A stretch of 64,000 nt of DNA from Limnothrix sp. BL-A-16 (GCA_041937175.2 CP166615.1:3392001-3456000), one strand, 5' to 3'; positions 45,033-55,463 are shown, numbered from the stretch's first letter. Notes: generated from the sequence alone by a model not told the origin. Translations and numbers: made by a program.

Positions 45033-45095
45033 GCCCAACATTGACTTTAACTTGATGATTTTGGAACAAAATTGCAAGTTAAATCAGCGTTAGAC
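45033..45095 (+). other. attC site 6 (63 bp)
   Basis: GCCCAAC-attgactttaacttg...caagttaaatca-GTTAGAC. Confidence 0.88.
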
Positions 45096-45178
45096 TAAAA
45101 AAGGTTCTGAGTATTCTTGAGGGAGAATATAATTTTGGCTTGGGTGTTCTCCTGAGAAGCTGTAATCCTAGCGATCGC
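45089..45178 (+). repeat. Right arm copy 2, ending in HIP1
   Basis: Homologous to 42153-42242, with conserved TATAAT. Confidence 0.8.
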
Positions 45179-45256
45179 CTGCCCTAGTTGCCGCCGCGAT
45201 CGCACCCGATCGACTGTGCTTGACTCACCGCGCTGACTGCTCGCCCTGTCTACCCC

Positions 45257-46255
45257 ATGACCTTCTTTAATCTGCGCCCCGACTGGCAACTGCGCGATCG
45301 CGAAGCAACGGATCCAGCCCTGTTTCTCAATCGCCGCCGCTTTTTGCAATCCCTCGCCGGGTTCAGCATTGCCGGTAGTGTTTCGTCGCTGACGGGTTGC
45401 CAAAATACACCACCCGGCGAGCTGGAAGCGGCTCCACCCCCCGGCCCCACCACCATGCGATCGCCCTTTGTTGGGGTGCAGCGCAATTCCCAATTTGCCG
45501 ATCCGCAGCGAGCCGTCACGCCCCAAGACTTGGCTGGTCGCTACAACAACTTCTATGAGTTTGGCGGAACAAAGGACATTGCCCAGCGGGCCCAACGGTT
45601 GCCCACCAATCCCTGGACCGTGGAAGTGTCTGGATTGGTCAAACAGCCTAAAACTTGGGCGATCGAGGATTTAATCAAAGCCTTTGAGATCGAAGAACGC
45701 ATCTATCGGTTTCGCTGTGTCGAAGCCTGGGCGATGGTTGTGCCCTGGCTCGGGTTTCCGATGCGCAAACTGATCGAAGCGGTCGATCCCTTGCCCGATG
45801 CTAAATTCGTCCGCTTCACCTCCTACTACAACAAAGACATCACGATCGGCCCCGGTTGGTCTCTCCGGGAGTTGCCTTGGCCCTACACCGAAGGCTTGCG
45901 GATTGAGGAAATGGCCAATGAGCTAGCCTTTTTCGCGGTGGGTAATTACGGCCAGATTTTGCCGAAGCAGCATGGCGCGCCAATTCGGGCCGTCTTGCCT
46001 TGGAAGTACGGCTTCAAGGGGGCTAAGTCGATCGTCAAAATTGAATTTTTGCCCCGTCAGCCCCTGACCTTTTGGAACACTCTGGCCCCTGATGAATATG
46101 GCTTTGAGGCCAATGTGGATCCCCTTGTGCCTCATCCCCGTTGGTCTCAGGCCACGGAGCGGTTATTGGGGTCGGGCCCGCCGCTGGCCTGGAAAACGGT
46201 TCCCACCCGTCCCTACAACGGCTATGGAAAATGGGTTTCTGGTCTTTATGCCTAG
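45257..46255 (+). CDS. msrP: Protein-methionine-sulfoxide reductase catalytic subunit
   Basis: Tat motif NRRRFL; YNNFYEFG, ERIYRFRCVEAW, PWKYGFK. Confidence 0.95.
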   Translation: MTFFNLRPDWQLRDREATDPALFLNRRRFLQSLAGFSIAGSVSSLTGCQNTPPGELEAAPPPGPTTMRSPFVGVQRNSQFADPQRAVTPQDLAGRYNNFYEFGGTKDIAQRAQRLPTNPWTVEVSGLVKQPKTWAIEDLIKAFEIEERIYRFRCVEAWAMVVPWLGFPMRKLIEAVDPLPDAKFVRFTSYYNKDITIGPGWSLRELPWPYTEGLRIEEMANELAFFAVGNYGQILPKQHGAPIRAVLPWKYGFKGAKSIVKIEFLPRQPLTFWNTLAPDEYGFEANVDPLVPHPRWSQATERLLGSGPPLAWKTVPTRPYNGYGKWVSGLYA

Positions 46256-46322
46256 GCTAATTATTGCAATGATCATCAAGCTGTAACGATCGCCTCGACC
46301 GCTGAATTCTCCGCAAGCCACA

Positions 46323-46643
46323 ATGGCCAAAGTTCAGGACGTACCAGCCAGCGGAGGAGGCGATCCAATGCCGATCGACTTTCAAAGAGCTTTGGTAATG
46401 CGGTTTTGGCAGTTGGCTCGATGCCGACCCGTTGCGGGTTATGCCATGTATTTGGATGTGTTGGAAGGGCGATCGGTCTTGGCCATTGATTGTCGGGCAG
46501 ATAGCGCTGCCCACAAGCTTTGGGAACAGCGGGCCCAACTTAATCAAGCGGCCTGTCAGCTTGGCATTGAGCGTTTGGTGTTGCGGGTGCGGGGCGAAAT
46601 CTGGCGATCGCCCTGGCAAGCCACTGCCACGGATTCACAGTAA
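46323..46643 (+). CDS. Hypothetical protein
   Basis: ORF only. Confidence 0.5.
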   Translation: MAKVQDVPASGGGDPMPIDFQRALVMRFWQLARCRPVAGYAMYLDVLEGRSVLAIDCRADSAAHKLWEQRAQLNQAACQLGIERLVLRVRGEIWRSPWQATATDSQ

Positions 46644-46895
46644 TCCTTGAATCAGCATTGCAAGAACTGGTGATTAATGAATTGCGATTAATGAATTGCG
46701 ATTAATCGTTGCAATTAAGAAAATGCGTTGCACTGAAGAATCGATCGCCCTTGATCCCATATTGGATTTCTGTATTGGATTTCTGGCAATCGGTGAATCG
46801 TGCCGCATGAATAGAAATGAACACCAAAAATGAACACAATAGACCCTGGATCAAAAATTAGCCAGGGGTGGGGCAGCTCAAAGATTGCTGAAAAA

Positions 46896-47258
46896 TTAGC
46901 TCAAAATTTCGATTTTGCCCGCTAATTCCGCAGGCTGAAAGGTCTCATAGAGCAACAACAATTGACGCACTATCCGCCCGATCGGGAGTGCCAGTGGACT
47001 ATAGACCACGCCCCCATGATCTTTTTGCGATCCGGCGAACTTCACCAGCGTCACTTCCGCTGTCACGAAAACCAATTGGTGGCGATGGGCAAATAAAAGC
47101 TGGGTGGCATCACTCTGGTTCTGGAGCTTCACCTCTGTGGGCCGGGTGGCCCGCACCCCATAGCCGCGCAGGGCTGCGCTGACGGCGGGATCAAGGCTGT
47201 CGTCTAGGTAAAATCCCAAGCGTGGTTGGCTCACGGGTTGCAGGGGTGTCAAGAGCAT
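46896..47258 (-). CDS. DUF5615 / PIN-like (VapC45-type) putative toxin; start uncertain
   Basis: FYLDDSL...ALRGYG...SDATQLLFA...VFVT...HGGVVY. Confidence 0.75.
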   Translation of the reverse strand: MLLTPLQPVSQPRLGFYLDDSLDPAVSAALRGYGVRATRPTEVKLQNQSDATQLLFAHRHQLVFVTAEVTLVKFAGSQKDHGGVVYSPLALPIGRIVRQLLLLYETFQPAELAGKIEILS

Positions 47259-47433
47259 CTCAGGATTGGATATAGCCTGAAGCGCGATCGATTGCAATTT
47301 CCTGAAACTTTCCGCACCCTTTCGCGGCCGCTCCGGAGCGATCGCCACAACGCTCAAGCATGAGGTGGGCTACCGGCTCGATCGGCGCTCAATCGCTTGA
47401 TCGAAAAACGCTCAGTTAAGGACGCACTCAGCC

Positions 47434-47745
47434 CTAATCTCCGCGTAGCTCACTGAGGCGCTCCTGAAGGACGGAGACTTGGCTTCGCTGAAATCCGGCA
47501 ACGAATGCCAGGTCTTCGTGAATGGCCAAGTCCATTTCGCTACGGTGGTCAAAGTAATAGGCCATGGCCGCATAGAGGGCCGCCAGGGGCAGTTGATAGC
47601 GCCCAGCGATTTCCTCGATCGATTGGCCAAGTCGTAGATGCATCAGGGCCACATCGGTCACGGTAATCCGGGTTCCGGCCAGCCGCGGACGACCGCCCCG
47701 AATCCCCGGTGTGGTTTCAATATGGCGTGACAAGCTTTTACTCAT
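47434..47745 (-). CDS. DUF433 putative antitoxin
   Basis: IETTPGIRGGRPRLAGTRITV...YAAMAYYFDH. Confidence 0.88.
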   Translation of the reverse strand: MSKSLSRHIETTPGIRGGRPRLAGTRITVTDVALMHLRLGQSIEEIAGRYQLPLAALYAAMAYYFDHRSEMDLAIHEDLAFVAGFQRSQVSVLQERLSELRGD

Positions 47746-48031
47746 CGAACTGGGCTGTGCAAGAGTACCCATTTTGACGTGTATTTTCTGACATGTATGT
47801 TCTGACATGTACTGGCGGCGCATCGAGGTTGAACTTTGCTCCGATTTTGAGAGGCTGTTCCGATGCGGCCCCGTCGCGATTGTCACACTTTGGTCAGCTT
47901 TTGGGCCGCCAATGATATGGCCAAGAGCATGGCCAAAATCCGGGTGATTGGATTGCTGGTTCAAGCTTTGATTTTAAGAGAGTGGGGGGATCTTTGCCGG
48001 TCAGGGTCAAGCCCTTAATTCGGAGGGCAGA

Positions 48032-49048
48032 CTAGCGGGGCAGATCACTTCCGTTCAGTGGCTCCGTGGGAGGCTGTGCCAGTTGATTCAAGGCATCAGC
48101 TAAATCTTGGGTCAGGGCGGGGGCGGCCACCTTGGCCGGGCGATCGAGATATTGCGCCAACGGGAGCGATCGCCCAACTATCACCCGCACGCCACAGCGC
48201 CAACCCACCTGCGGCGAACCATATTCCACATGAATCGGCACGATATGCACACCCGAATGGCTGCGTTCCGCCTGGATTGCCATTCGCGCCAAACCGGGCT
48301 TGAGGGGGTGCAGGTGGCCATCGCGGAAAATGTCGCCTTCCGGAAAAATCACCAAGGCCTTGCCCGTTTCCAACACTTTGATGCCGTGGCGAACGCTGGC
48401 AATGCTGGGGTTGGTGGTGTCTACGGGAAACCCACCCATGCGCTGAATAAACCAGCCTTGGAGGCCGCGGGAGGCTTCGTTGGCCGAAACCATGAAGTGC
48501 AAATCGGCGGGACAGATGGGCCGGCCAATGGCACAGGGAACCACCAAGGCATCCCAGCGCGATCGATGGGTGGGGGCAAATAGGAGCGATCGGGCGTTTT
48601 GGGGCAGGTTTTCCAAGCCCTCGATCGTCACGGAACCAAAATAGGTTGGCAACACAACCCGCCGGGCCAGGGGATAGAGCACCCGCGCGAGCCAAGGCAA
48701 CACACAGGAGCGAATCGACCCAGAATCAACCACATGATCCATGGCTTGGTGATTCGTGGTTTGCTGATGCGTGGTTTGCTGATCCTGGGTTGGGTTGGTT
48801 GGCTCCGGTGTTCCCTGTGTTGCGGGCTGCTGTCCGGCGGGAGAACCTACCCGATCGCCCTCATGGCAGGAAGGATTGCGTTCCGCATTCAGCGGGTCGT
48901 CTAGCTGCATCACCGTCCCCCGCGCCGTCCCTGGCACCGAATCAGTCACCACCGCCATGGTGACGGCGCTGCTGGCCGGTCTGGATGTCCCTTGGACAGT
49001 CGGGGCGTTCGGCACAACCTCAGTAGAAGCAGAGTTTAGACGCATCAT
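48032..49048 (-). CDS. 1-acyl-sn-glycerol-3-phosphate acyltransferase family; start uncertain
   Basis: THRSRWD, VIFPEG. Confidence 0.85.
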   Translation of the reverse strand: MMRLNSASTEVVPNAPTVQGTSRPASSAVTMAVVTDSVPGTARGTVMQLDDPLNAERNPSCHEGDRVGSPAGQQPATQGTPEPTNPTQDQQTTHQQTTNHQAMDHVVDSGSIRSCVLPWLARVLYPLARRVVLPTYFGSVTIEGLENLPQNARSLLFAPTHRSRWDALVVPCAIGRPICPADLHFMVSANEASRGLQGWFIQRMGGFPVDTTNPSIASVRHGIKVLETGKALVIFPEGDIFRDGHLHPLKPGLARMAIQAERSHSGVHIVPIHVEYGSPQVGWRCGVRVIVGRSLPLAQYLDRPAKVAAPALTQDLADALNQLAQPPTEPLNGSDLPR

Positions 49049-49630
49049 GGGCAGCTAGAGTTCCCCGACCGGTTGGATATTCTTCATGGTTTCTGAGGCT
49101 AACAATACCAGGTTGATTCTGCTGGCCAGTTCATGCACCGTCTGGACAAGGGACAGGGCAGGGATCGGTGGCTGGGGGCCGGCGTTCTCGCCACCATAAG
49201 TCTTGGGCGAACTGGGGCAGACCCTCAGTGAGCGCAACTTTATTGACCGGGTACGTTGATGGGTGGATTGCTTTTTGTAACAAATCCTTAATAATCATTC
49301 TATGGGATCTCACCCCCATGGAATTTCACCCCGATCGCGATTACCAGCTCATTGCCGCCAGATTTCTACCCAATTTCTGCAAAATCTCTGCAAAATGCCT
49401 GCGAAGTCTTGGCTCAATCCCGCGCTCCTGTTGGTTCAATCTTGCTGATGGTTCAATCTTCCTGAATTGCTTCCTGAATTGAGTTTTTTGTGCGGGTCTG
49501 GACTGGTCTTGAGTTGATTCCCAAGTTGATTCCCAAGTTGATCCCCAGCCAAGCTTGCGCAAATCCTGAGCCTGTTGGGCTTTGTCTGAGCGCTGTCTGA
49601 CTCTTTTGCTAAATCCTTTGCCAAAACCCT

Positions 49631-50482
49631 ATGTACGAAGCCACTGCCCGATCGAGCGATCGCCCCATCATGACTCCCAAGGGCGATCGACCCCAGCCCG
49701 CCCTTTTCAAAACCTTTTGGGCCGATGCCCTGTCCGTTTTTTGGGGTGACTGGCTGAAACTGCGGGTGAGGGTTGGGCAGGTGGCCGCTTCGGGGCTGGT
49801 TTCCCCGCTGATTTATATCCTGGCTTTCGGGTTGGGATTGGGAACCTCCCTGGATGCCGTGGCCAAGCCTTCCGCAGGCGATAGCTATTTGGAATTTATC
49901 TTGCCGGGGATGGTGGCCCTGTCTTCCATGGCCATTAGCTTTGGGGGCACAACATTTTCAATTTGTGGCGATCGCCTGTTTACCAAAACCTTTGAGGAAA
50001 TGTTGCTCGTGCCGGTGCATCCCTTGGCCATGCACCTGGGACGGATGATGGCGGGCATTGTGCGCGGCCTGCTGACGGCTGGCTCGGTGATTTTGGTGGC
50101 GGTGTTGTTTACGGGCAAGGTTTGGAGCTTTTTAAATCCGCTCTTTTTGCTGTTGCTGGTGCTCAACTGTGCTGTGTTTGCGGGCTTAGGGGTGATTGTG
50201 GGTCTTTCGGTGCAGTCTTTGGAAATGGTGGGGCTGTACAACAATTTTCTGATTGTGCCCATGTCCTTTTTGGGGGCCACGTTTTTTGACCCGGCCAAGT
50301 TGCCGCCGCTGCTGAAACCGATCGTCTATTGCTTGCCCTTGACCTACACCAGTATTGGCTTGCGATCGGCTGCTTACCTTCCCCTGAGCGAATTTCCTTG
50401 GTACAGCATCCCGATTTTGCTGGCGGTGGCCACGGTGCTGGCGTTTTTGGGGGCCCAGCGGTTTTCTAAGCAGCAGGATTAG
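49631..50482 (+). CDS. ABC-2 type permease
   Basis: YLEFILPG, multiple TM helices. Confidence 0.85.
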   Translation: MYEATARSSDRPIMTPKGDRPQPALFKTFWADALSVFWGDWLKLRVRVGQVAASGLVSPLIYILAFGLGLGTSLDAVAKPSAGDSYLEFILPGMVALSSMAISFGGTTFSICGDRLFTKTFEEMLLVPVHPLAMHLGRMMAGIVRGLLTAGSVILVAVLFTGKVWSFLNPLFLLLLVLNCAVFAGLGVIVGLSVQSLEMVGLYNNFLIVPMSFLGATFFDPAKLPPLLKPIVYCLPLTYTSIGLRSAAYLPLSEFPWYSIPILLAVATVLAFLGAQRFSKQQD

Positions 50483-50967
50483 GGGCTGCCTGCTCGATCG
50501 ATGGGTTGCAATTCGGTGGTGATCGGTCGCAATGGGCTGCATCACGATCGGTTGGTCGGCAGCGTCCAACGCCATACCCGATCAACGGGGATCAAGATCG
50601 CACCATCCGGCGATCGCGATCGCAGACTCTGGCGGGTTTGCGGCCGAAACTGAAGGCTAGAGCGCTTCATAGTCTCTAACCCTGTACTCTCGCCAATCTT
50701 GACCCAGCACTTGGGTTGAGCGTGCCCGGTGCTTCCATTCCTTAACACAGGACAGCTCAGAAACTGGACAACGTGATCCTGAACCTGAGCCAGGGCCCTG
50801 AAACAGAGAGTCAGAAAACCGCTGGACGGTGATTCACTCCCCTCGATCGCAGTGTGAACCCTGTTGATTGCCGCCGAAACCCAGGCGCGATCGAGACCGG
50901 TCAGAATCGGGCACTGGTTGCCAACCCAATCCAGCCGTTGACGACGGTGGCTAGGAGGTAAAAAGCT

Positions 50968-51174
50968 ATGCAACGTCAGGGATTAGAAGGTTTGGTTCGG
51001 TTTTTGCAAGAGGACTTGCAGTTGAGTGCTGCGGATTTGGCGCTGGCCCTCAAGCATCCCGATAGTGGCAACAATCTGCCAACGATTTTGTGGCAATACG
51101 GGGCAATTACCACTCAACAGCTCGATCGGGTGTTCGATTGGCTGGAACGGTGGATGTCGCCCGAAGGAATTTAA
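50968..51174 (+). CDS. DUF2949-type small protein
   Basis: AGGAGG RBS; LPTILWQYG..T.QQLDRVFDWL. Confidence 0.85.
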   Translation: MQRQGLEGLVRFLQEDLQLSAADLALALKHPDSGNNLPTILWQYGAITTQQLDRVFDWLERWMSPEGI

Positions 51175-51467
51175 CGGCTGGCGGTGCGCGGTTGAGAACA
51201 GGTGGTTGAGAACAGGTGGCTGAGAACTGTGGTTGGACAAGTTTGGCCCAGCTCGGAGCCGTGCAAAGTCGCTCGGAGCCAAGCCAAAGCCGGTGCAGAG
51301 CAGATTCAGGGCCAAAGGCTCACAAGAGCGTTGGGCGATCGCACCAAGGCGGTTCGGTTCTGACACCCCCCAGTTGCCCATTTGCCTGTTAGATTGTGCT
51401 TGTTCAACGGAGACCATTCGCACCGTTCACCCGCGAGGTTTGAATCGTGGCCCCAGAACTGAACCCC

Positions 51468-51815
51468 ATGTCTAATTTTTGGAAAAGCGAGCCAACCACC
51501 GATCGCGAACCGAGCGAATCGTTGATGCGCTACATCCAATCCCTCAATCCGGAAACGATCGCCCACCTGTCGCGGCCGGCTTCCCCGGAAACGATTCGGA
51601 TGATGGAGCACAACATCGTGGGTCTGCTGGGCGTGTTGCCCGGCGAACAGTTTGATGTGTCCATCACCACCAACCGCGAACATTTGGGGCGGCTGTTGGC
51701 TTCGGCCATGATGAGTGGCTACTTTTTGCGGAATGCTGAGCAACGGATGAGTTTTGAAAAGTCCTTGCAAAACTGGTCGGGTGATTTGGCTGGCGACGCG
51801 CCGACGGCGGATTAG
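51468..51815 (+). CDS. DUF760-type protein
   Basis: LMRYIQSL.PE...TTNREHLGRLLASAMMSGYFLR. Confidence 0.88.
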   Translation: MSNFWKSEPTTDREPSESLMRYIQSLNPETIAHLSRPASPETIRMMEHNIVGLLGVLPGEQFDVSITTNREHLGRLLASAMMSGYFLRNAEQRMSFEKSLQNWSGDLAGDAPTAD

Positions 51816-51845
51816 GTTCGATTCGGTTGATGTCAAGAACCTTGG

Positions 51846-52973
51846 GTGATTTTGCGTTCCTCAATTGCTGAAACCTCAGAACCGCTGCCGGTTTCGGCGG
51901 CGGTTCTGCAGCGATCGCTCCTGGATTGGTACGATCGCCACGGCCGCGACTTGCCTTGGCGAAAACCCCCGGACGTTTTGGATCCTTACCGGGTTTGGGT
52001 TTCAGAAATTGCCCTGCAACAAACCCAGGTCAAAACAGTTTTGCCTTACTACCAACGGTGGTTCGATCGGTTCCCCACGATCGCTGATCTGGCCCAAGCC
52101 GATTTACAAGCAGTGCTGAAAGCCTGGGAAGGCCTGGGTTACTACAGCCGGGCCCGCAATCTGCACCGGGCTGCTCAGTTGGTGATGGAACGGCATGGGG
52201 GACAATTTCCCCGCACGCTGGCCGAGGCGATCGCCCTGCCCGGCATTGGCCGCACCACGGCCGGCGGCATCCTGAGTTCTGCCTTTAATTTGCCCTTGCC
52301 GATTTTGGACGGCAACGTGAAGCGGGTGTTGGCGCGGTTGATTGCGCTGCCCATTGCACCAGCCAAAGCGCTCGATCACCTCTGGGCCGCCTCCGCAGCG
52401 GTGGTCTCGTTCGATCGCCCCCGAGACCTCAACCAAGCCCTTATGGATTTGGGGGCCACGGTTTGCACCGCCCGAAAACCGGCCTGTTTGGTTTGTCCTT
52501 GGATGGCATACTGTCAGGCGTACCAAACCAACCAGCAGCAGCAAATTCCCGTGAGCGAACCGAAAGCACCGATTCCCCACAAAGTGATTGGCGTGGCCGT
52601 GATCCGCAATCCCCAGGGGCAAATCTTGATCGATCGTCGGCCCGCCGAAGGGCTATTGGGCGGCCTATGGGAGTTTCCGGGCGGCAAAGTGGAACCCAAT
52701 GAGTCGATCGCCGACTGCATTCACCGGGAAATTCAAGAAGAATTAGGCATTGAAATTGCTGTCGGTGAAGAACTGATTGTGGTGGATCATGCCTACACCC
52801 ACTTCAAAGTGTCGCTGCATGTGCATCTTTGCGAGCATCTGCAAGGGGAACCCCAGGCGATCGAATGTGATGAAGTGCGTTGGGTCACCCTCGCCGAAAT
52901 TGACCAATTTCCCTTCCCCAAGGCCAACACCACCATCATCGAAGCACTGAAACAGCGCTTTCCAGATGCCTAG
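51846..52973 (+). CDS. mutY: A/G-specific adenine glycosylase with C-terminal NUDIX domain
   Basis: WVSEIALQQTQV, LPGIGRTTAG, DGNVKRV, C..RKPAC..C, WEFPGGK. Confidence 0.95.
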   Translation: MILRSSIAETSEPLPVSAAVLQRSLLDWYDRHGRDLPWRKPPDVLDPYRVWVSEIALQQTQVKTVLPYYQRWFDRFPTIADLAQADLQAVLKAWEGLGYYSRARNLHRAAQLVMERHGGQFPRTLAEAIALPGIGRTTAGGILSSAFNLPLPILDGNVKRVLARLIALPIAPAKALDHLWAASAAVVSFDRPRDLNQALMDLGATVCTARKPACLVCPWMAYCQAYQTNQQQQIPVSEPKAPIPHKVIGVAVIRNPQGQILIDRRPAEGLLGGLWEFPGGKVEPNESIADCIHREIQEELGIEIAVGEELIVVDHAYTHFKVSLHVHLCEHLQGEPQAIECDEVRWVTLAEIDQFPFPKANTTIIEALKQRFPDA

Positions 52974-53093
52974 AGAATAGTGCTCCAAAAACATCAGGCT
53001 TTAAAAACAGGGGCGCACGATGGTGCGCCCTGCTTGATCTGAATCGATGGAACCCAGTCGCTGAAAACCAGCTTGAGGCAGAGCGAGAGACCA

Positions 53094-53260
53094 GGGCACG
53101 TCGTCAAATCGCCTGGAACCCTGATTCCACCGTTAGCGAATCGTGAGGGACAAGGGGCTTAAGCCCCTTGTTACGACGATCGGGACATGCCCTTGTTACG
53201 ACGATCGGGACATGGAAAATCAGTCGTTTTTGGCTGACCCCAGGAAATGACGGCGGCCCC
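53094..53260. mobile_element. MITE family A copy with 25-bp internal duplication
   Basis: gggcacgtcgtca...tgacggcggcccc; cccttgttacgacgatcgggacatg twice. Confidence 0.8.
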
Positions 53261-53356
53261 CAGAGCGATCGCCCCTAGATTCTCCCAAGGGGGTGCTGAA
53301 TGCCCCCGTCGCCTATGGGCCCTAGCTCACTCCGGGTTTCCTGAGCTTGAATAGCT

Positions 53357-54541
53357 CTAGATTGAGTAGCTCTCAGGGATTTGCATCGCCCGGGCCAACT
53401 CAGCCGCCACCAAAGGCCGCGAGAATTCCGGCGGCGGCAACTCGCCCCGACGCAACATTTCGCGCACCTTCGTGCCCGACAGGTGAATCCGTTCGTCCGG
53501 TTCGCTGGGGCTGGTTTTGGTGGTGGCCATGCTTTGGGTGCGTTTGCAGTAGAACGCGTGCTCAAACTTCAGCGGCATGATTCCCAACTCACCCGGCGCA
53601 AACTCATCGAAAATGTACTGCGCATCGTAGGTTCCGTAATAGTCACCCACGCCCGCATGGTCACGACCCACGATGAAATGCGTGCAGCCATAGTTCTTGC
53701 GAATGAGGGCATGGAAAATGGCTTCCCGGGGGCCCGCATAGCGCATGGCGCAAGGATTGATGGCCAAAATCACGCGGCCACGGGGAAAATAGTGCTCCAG
53801 CATGATTTCATAGCAACGCATCCGCACATCGGCGGCAATGTCATCGCTTTTGGTCACCCCCACCAGGGGATGCAGGAACAGGCCATCGGTGATTTCCAGG
53901 GCGCACTTGATGATGTATTCGTGGGCGCGGTGGATCGGGTTGCGGGTTTGGAAGGCTACGATCGACTTCCAACCCTTGTCGCGGAAAGCATGGCGCGAAT
54001 CGATCGGGTCAATTTGATAGAGCGGGAAGCGAGGATCCGGCTCGCGCTCCAGCAACCACACGGGCCCGGCTAAATAAGTCGCCCCTTGGCTGTAAACCAC
54101 CGCCACACCGGGGTGTTTCTCTTCGTTGGTGCGATAGACGTTGAGGGCTTCCCGGGTTTTGTCGTAGTGATATTTCTCCGTCAGCTCCAGCACGCCAATG
54201 AAGCGGCCGGTGGGATCGTCTAGGCGCACCAATTGCCCTTCGCTGAGGGTGTTGGCCTGCTCATCGCTCACGGGCAGGGTCACGGGAATGGCCCAGGGCA
54301 GCCCGTTGGCCAAGCGCATGTTGTCAACCACGGTTTTGTAGTCCGCTTGGCCCATGAAGCCATCGATCGGGCTGAACGCACCAATGGCGATCGCGATCAG
54401 GTCACAGACGGCGCGATCGTCCAGGGAAATGCGCGGCAGGTGGTCGGCCTTGCTCAGGAATTCGGCCTTTTGCTCAGGGCTGGCAATGCGGTTAATCAGC
54501 GTGCCGCCGTGAGGGGCGATCGCGTCGGCTATACGGGTCAT
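53357..54541 (-). CDS. sat: Sulfate adenylyltransferase
   Basis: [32 protein letters not shown]. Confidence 0.97.
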   Translation of the reverse strand: MTRIADAIAPHGGTLINRIASPEQKAEFLSKADHLPRISLDDRAVCDLIAIAIGAFSPIDGFMGQADYKTVVDNMRLANGLPWAIPVTLPVSDEQANTLSEGQLVRLDDPTGRFIGVLELTEKYHYDKTREALNVYRTNEEKHPGVAVVYSQGATYLAGPVWLLEREPDPRFPLYQIDPIDSRHAFRDKGWKSIVAFQTRNPIHRAHEYIIKCALEITDGLFLHPLVGVTKSDDIAADVRMRCYEIMLEHYFPRGRVILAINPCAMRYAGPREAIFHALIRKNYGCTHFIVGRDHAGVGDYYGTYDAQYIFDEFAPGELGIMPLKFEHAFYCKRTQSMATTKTSPSEPDERIHLSGTKVREMLRRGELPPPEFSRPLVAAELARAMQIPESYSI

Positions 54542-54653
54542 GGAACTCGGGGTGAGGTTGCTTCAAGACAATAATCAGTAAAAATTCAACACTAAAACGG
54601 TCGCCTTGTGGCCGGCTAGGGGATAGCCAGGGTTTTTCATCTCAAATCACGTT

Positions 54654-55463
54654 TTAGTTAAAAAATGCCCTAGTTTGCAGATATAGCCCAATCACGAGGG
54701 GAATGACCACATAGGCATAGGATCGAAGATTTGCGATGGCAATGGATCGGCCAAGATGAACTGAAGGGTTGGGCAGCCACTTCGCTAGACAAGCTCCCTC
54801 GATCGCCCAACTCATCGCCCAGCCAATCATAAAATAGGCAAAGGCACAGAAAAGCTCAATCCAAAAGGGAAACTTTGCATTGATAATGCCAATAATGACC
54901 AATGCCAATACTAAATTAAAAGGCCAAAACAGCAACCACAGCCATCGCCAGCCAACAGACCAGGGTGTTAGCTGCCGCAAAGCATCATGGGTTGTCAGTC
55001 CCATTAAACCTAGGCAGCCAATGAGTACGAAAGTAATTCTTCGGTTCCAGTCATCACCGTAGTTTAAAAACGGTATGACAACCAACCCAAATGAAAAGAT
55101 AAGACCTGTGATTGATGAAACCAAATTAGCGCCAGTTACTGCAATCCAAACTCGCTTAGAAGAATAAGTTTCGCGTTTAAGGATTGTGATTGCTTCAATA
55201 GCAATGATGGCCACCAAGCCCCACCCAAAGCTGATGAATGAGGCGAAAAGAGGCAAGTTAAACAGGGAAACGGCCATGGGTGGCCAGCTATTGGCCCAAG
55301 CAGCTTGGGGCAGGGTGATCGCCACTAATATCGCGATCATGCCTGTAGCCCAGATCATTAGCCGGGGATGGATGGCAGAAAACGAAAACCAACGAGGGCG
55401 ATTTGATTTTTGGGGTGTTGCCCTACGATGATGGGTAGGTGGATGATCCATGGGTTGGCGCAT
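54654..55463 (-). CDS. Hypothetical membrane protein
   Basis: Several TM segments; IE...ANLxS repeated. Confidence 0.65.
   Translation of the reverse strand: MRQPMDHPPTHHRRATPQKSNRPRWFSFSAIHPRLMIWATGMIAILVAITLPQAAWANSWPPMAVSLFNLPLFASFISFGWGLVAIIAIEAITILKRETYSSKRVWIAVTGANLVSSITGLIFSFGLVVIPFLNYGDDWNRRITFVLIGCLGLMGLTTHDALRQLTPWSVGWRWLWLLFWPFNLVLALVIIGIINAKFPFWIELFCAFAYFMIGWAMSWAIEGACLAKWLPNPSVHLGRSIAIANLRSYAYVVIPLVIGLYLQTRAFFN

Larger units (their letters stand above)
38671..45178 (+). mobile_element. Integron cassette array without integrase (CALIN), in two HIP1-bounded tandem modules
   Basis: Six attC-like sites, co-oriented foreign ORFs, repeated left and right arms. Confidence 0.85.

Noticed and set aside
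38671..45178. CRISPR array or prophage explanation for the repeated segments
   Set aside because: Repeats are attC-type imperfect palindromes separated by whole genes; no identical repeat-spacer units or phage genes
45257..46255. msrP without adjacent msrQ
   Set aside because: The partner may be elsewhere or replaced; absence from one window is uninformative
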